Assembly (NCBI GenBank): GCA_965214705.1
Contig: CBDCCI010000002.1
Location: forward strand, 576,001-640,000
Length of the DNA stretch: 64,000 bases
Reading direction: 5' to 3'
Source: Alphaproteobacteria bacterium
GTDB taxonomy: Bacteria; Pseudomonadota; Alphaproteobacteria; UBA828
Part shown: positions 62,112 to 64,000 of the stretch, one piece after another
How positions within the stretch are numbered: position 1 is the stretch's first letter
How the letters are laid out: every line of letters starts with the position of its first letter
Notes under the pieces: model-generated
The model's database searches: none
What the model was told of the DNA's origin: nothing
The model's input: only the letters and a program-made list of their open reading frames with translations
Translations under genes and position numbers: made by a program

Positions 62112-62253
62112 TTCAAAAAACTCCTGCAGGTCTAGGTGTGTAGTGAGGTGGTTGCGTCTTTAGGCTGGCAGGTCAGGATTTAGCTGCTCAGGGTTAGGCG
62201 CAGGACAGAAGTCTGAGTTGGTAGAATGCAAGGCTCTAGGCGCGCCATGGTCT

Positions 62254-63042
62254 CTACTCCCGATACCCCGCGTCCGTCTGATCCAGCATTCGCATGTAGG
62301 CCTGGAACTCCAGCGCGCCGATGTCGCCCACGTGAGTGGAGAAGTCGTCGATCTCGCGCAGGGACTTTTCGCACACCTCTTCCGCCACATGCACCAGGCT
62401 TGAGTTCATCGCGAGCGCGTCCACCTGCGTCTTGCACGCGGTCTCCAGCCGATGCAGGTAGAGGAAGGCCTCGGGGATCGTCCGCCCCACCGTCACCAGG
62501 CCGTGGTTGCGCAGGATGAGCGCGCGGTGCCGGCCGAGGTCGCGCACCAGCCGCGCCTTCTCGTCCTCGCTCACGATCGCACCTTCGTATTCGTGATAGC
62601 CCACCATGCCGTGGAAGAGCGTCGCATCCAGGCTGATCGGCAGCAGCCCGCATTCCAGCGCCGCCACCGCCATGCCCGCCGGCGAGTGCGTGTGCATGAC
62701 GCAGTGCGCGTCCGGCGCGCCGGCGTGGATCGCGCCGTGGATGGCGTAGCCGGCCGCGTTCACCGACCACTCGCTCTCGCCCACGATCTCGCCCTCCAGC
62801 GTGATCTTGACTAGGTTGGACGCCGTCACCTCGCCGTAGCGCAGCCCGTAGGGGTTGATGAGGAAGTGCCGCTCCGGCCCCGGCACGCGCACGGTGAGGT
62901 GGCCGTAGATCGACTCGTTCCAGCCGAAATGCTCGACCAGCCGGTAGGCGGCGGCGAGCTGCGTGCGCAGCTCGGCCTCGCTCTGCACGAGCTGGATGGT
63001 CTAGAACTTCGCCGTGGCAGCCTCGGCTGTGGATGTGCTCAT
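62254..63042 (-). CDS. Class II aldolase/adducin-family protein (in-frame TAG at codon 14 from the RBS-supported ATG; alternative GTG start 62988)
   Basis: GHLTVRVPG..FLINPYG, IHGAIH, VMHTHS, LRNHG. Confidence 0.88.
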
Positions 63043-63077
63043 CGCTCTCTCCTCCTCACAGGCCCCGTCTCGCGTGA

Positions 63078-63186
63078 CCCCTCCTCACCCCGACCCTCTC
63101 CTCCCCAGGGAGGAGAGGGGGCGTAAACCGGCGCCGTCTGCGTCCCCCCTCCGCCCCCTGGGGGGAGGGGGTCAGGGGGAGGTGGG
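63078..63186. repeat. Inverted pair of REP-like intergenic palindromes
   Basis: CCCTCTCCTCCC-CA-GGGAGGAGAGGG hairpin and an oppositely oriented degenerate copy. Confidence 0.65.
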
Positions 63187-63205
63187 TTCCCGCGCCCCGT
63201 CAGAC

Positions 63206-63991
63206 CTACCCCTCGAAGTGTACCTCGGCCTGGCCGATGGGGCCGAACTCGGCGGTCACCGTGTCGCCCGGCTGGCACTGCACCACGTCCGCAGCGCTGC
63301 CGGTGGTGACCACGTGGCCGGCCTCCAGCGTGAGCCCGCGCGCGCTCAGGTGGTTCGCGAGCCAGACCATGACGTTCCACGGGTCGCCCAGCACGTTCGC
63401 GCCCGCGCCCTCGCTCACCACCTCGCCGTTGATGCGAACGATCACCGGCTGGCCCGCGAGGTCGTGGTCGAGCCCGCCCTCCGCCTCCGGCCCGAGGCAG
63501 AGCATGCAGCCGATGGCGTTGTCTCCGATCAGGTCCGGCGCCTTCATGGAGAGCCAGTCCGCGTAGCGGGAATCCGGCACCTCAATGGCGGGGTGCACGC
63601 TGGCGACCGCCGCCCGCACCTCGTCCCGCGTGTAGGGCGCGGCGCGCGGAGCGAGCGCTTGGCCCATGACGAAGTCGAACTCCGCCTCGATCGCGTAGAA
63701 GTTCACCGTGTTCGCGGGCACGGTGAGCGGGCTCCCGCCCACGTGGTCCGCAAAGAGGCGGCCGGAGAACGGCGCGTCCACGCCGAAGCGCGCCTGCACC
63801 TGCGCGTTCGTGGCGCCAATCTTGTAGCCCGCGAGTGCCAGGCCCGCGCTTTCGGCGAGCCCGTCCTGCACTGCGTAAGCCTCATCCAGCGTCTCGGGCC
63901 GGCAGTCCGCCGGCAGCGCGTCCATCTGCGTGCGTTCTTGCCACGCCTCCCACAGGAGCGCGCCCCCTCGTGTTGCCGCCTCTCGGTCCAT
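63206..63991 (-). CDS. 2-keto-4-pentenoate hydratase / FAH-family protein
   Basis: EAYAVQ, GYKIGATN, IEAEFDF, PAIEVPDSR, GANVLGDP..WLAN, GHVVTTGS. Confidence 0.9.
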   Translation of the reverse strand: MDREAATRGGALLWEAWQERTQMDALPADCRPETLDEAYAVQDGLAESAGLALAGYKIGATNAQVQARFGVDAPFSGRLFADHVGGSPLTVPANTVNFYAIEAEFDFVMGQALAPRAAPYTRDEVRAAVASVHPAIEVPDSRYADWLSMKAPDLIGDNAIGCMLCLGPEAEGGLDHDLAGQPVIVRINGEVVSEGAGANVLGDPWNVMVWLANHLSARGLTLEAGHVVTTGSAADVVQCQPGDTVTAEFGPIGQAEVHFEG

Positions 63992-64000
63992 TCCCGCTCT

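Overview
High-GC bacterial DNA dominated by a decaying mobile/defence island (~12.4-62.2 kb). The island lies between a polysaccharide-type locus on the left and housekeeping-like catabolic genes on the right. Left: one giant minus-strand gene (~2,030 codons when reassembled) encodes an O-antigen ligase/polymerase-like membrane protein with nine plant-type LRR modules inserted into its catalytic loop. It is broken by two identical-looking IS66 copies and one frameshift and is followed by a GT4 glycosyltransferase. Middle: nested mobile DNA, comprising two four-gene large-serine-recombinase elements whose ends I can place to the base, a MITE, tandem tyrosine integrases, an IS21 remnant, an IS91-like element, a group II intron inside another group II intron, two IS1634 and two IS110/IS1111 elements. 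In both IS110/IS1111 elements the bridge/seek-RNA guide segments can be read directly against their own target and donor junctions. There are also ICE/IME remnants (IHF, CI-like repressor, VirD4, AlpA). Right: a five-gene CoCoNuT-like type IV restriction operon (helicase-Vsr, membrane-anchored coiled coil, membrane-anchored coiled-coil McrB with NxD motif, DUF2357 McrC-like, Hsp70-like), two PIN toxin-antitoxin pairs and a low-GC DUF262+HEPN pair. I saw no rRNA, tRNA or CRISPR array. All family assignments come from motif recognition by eye, not database searches.
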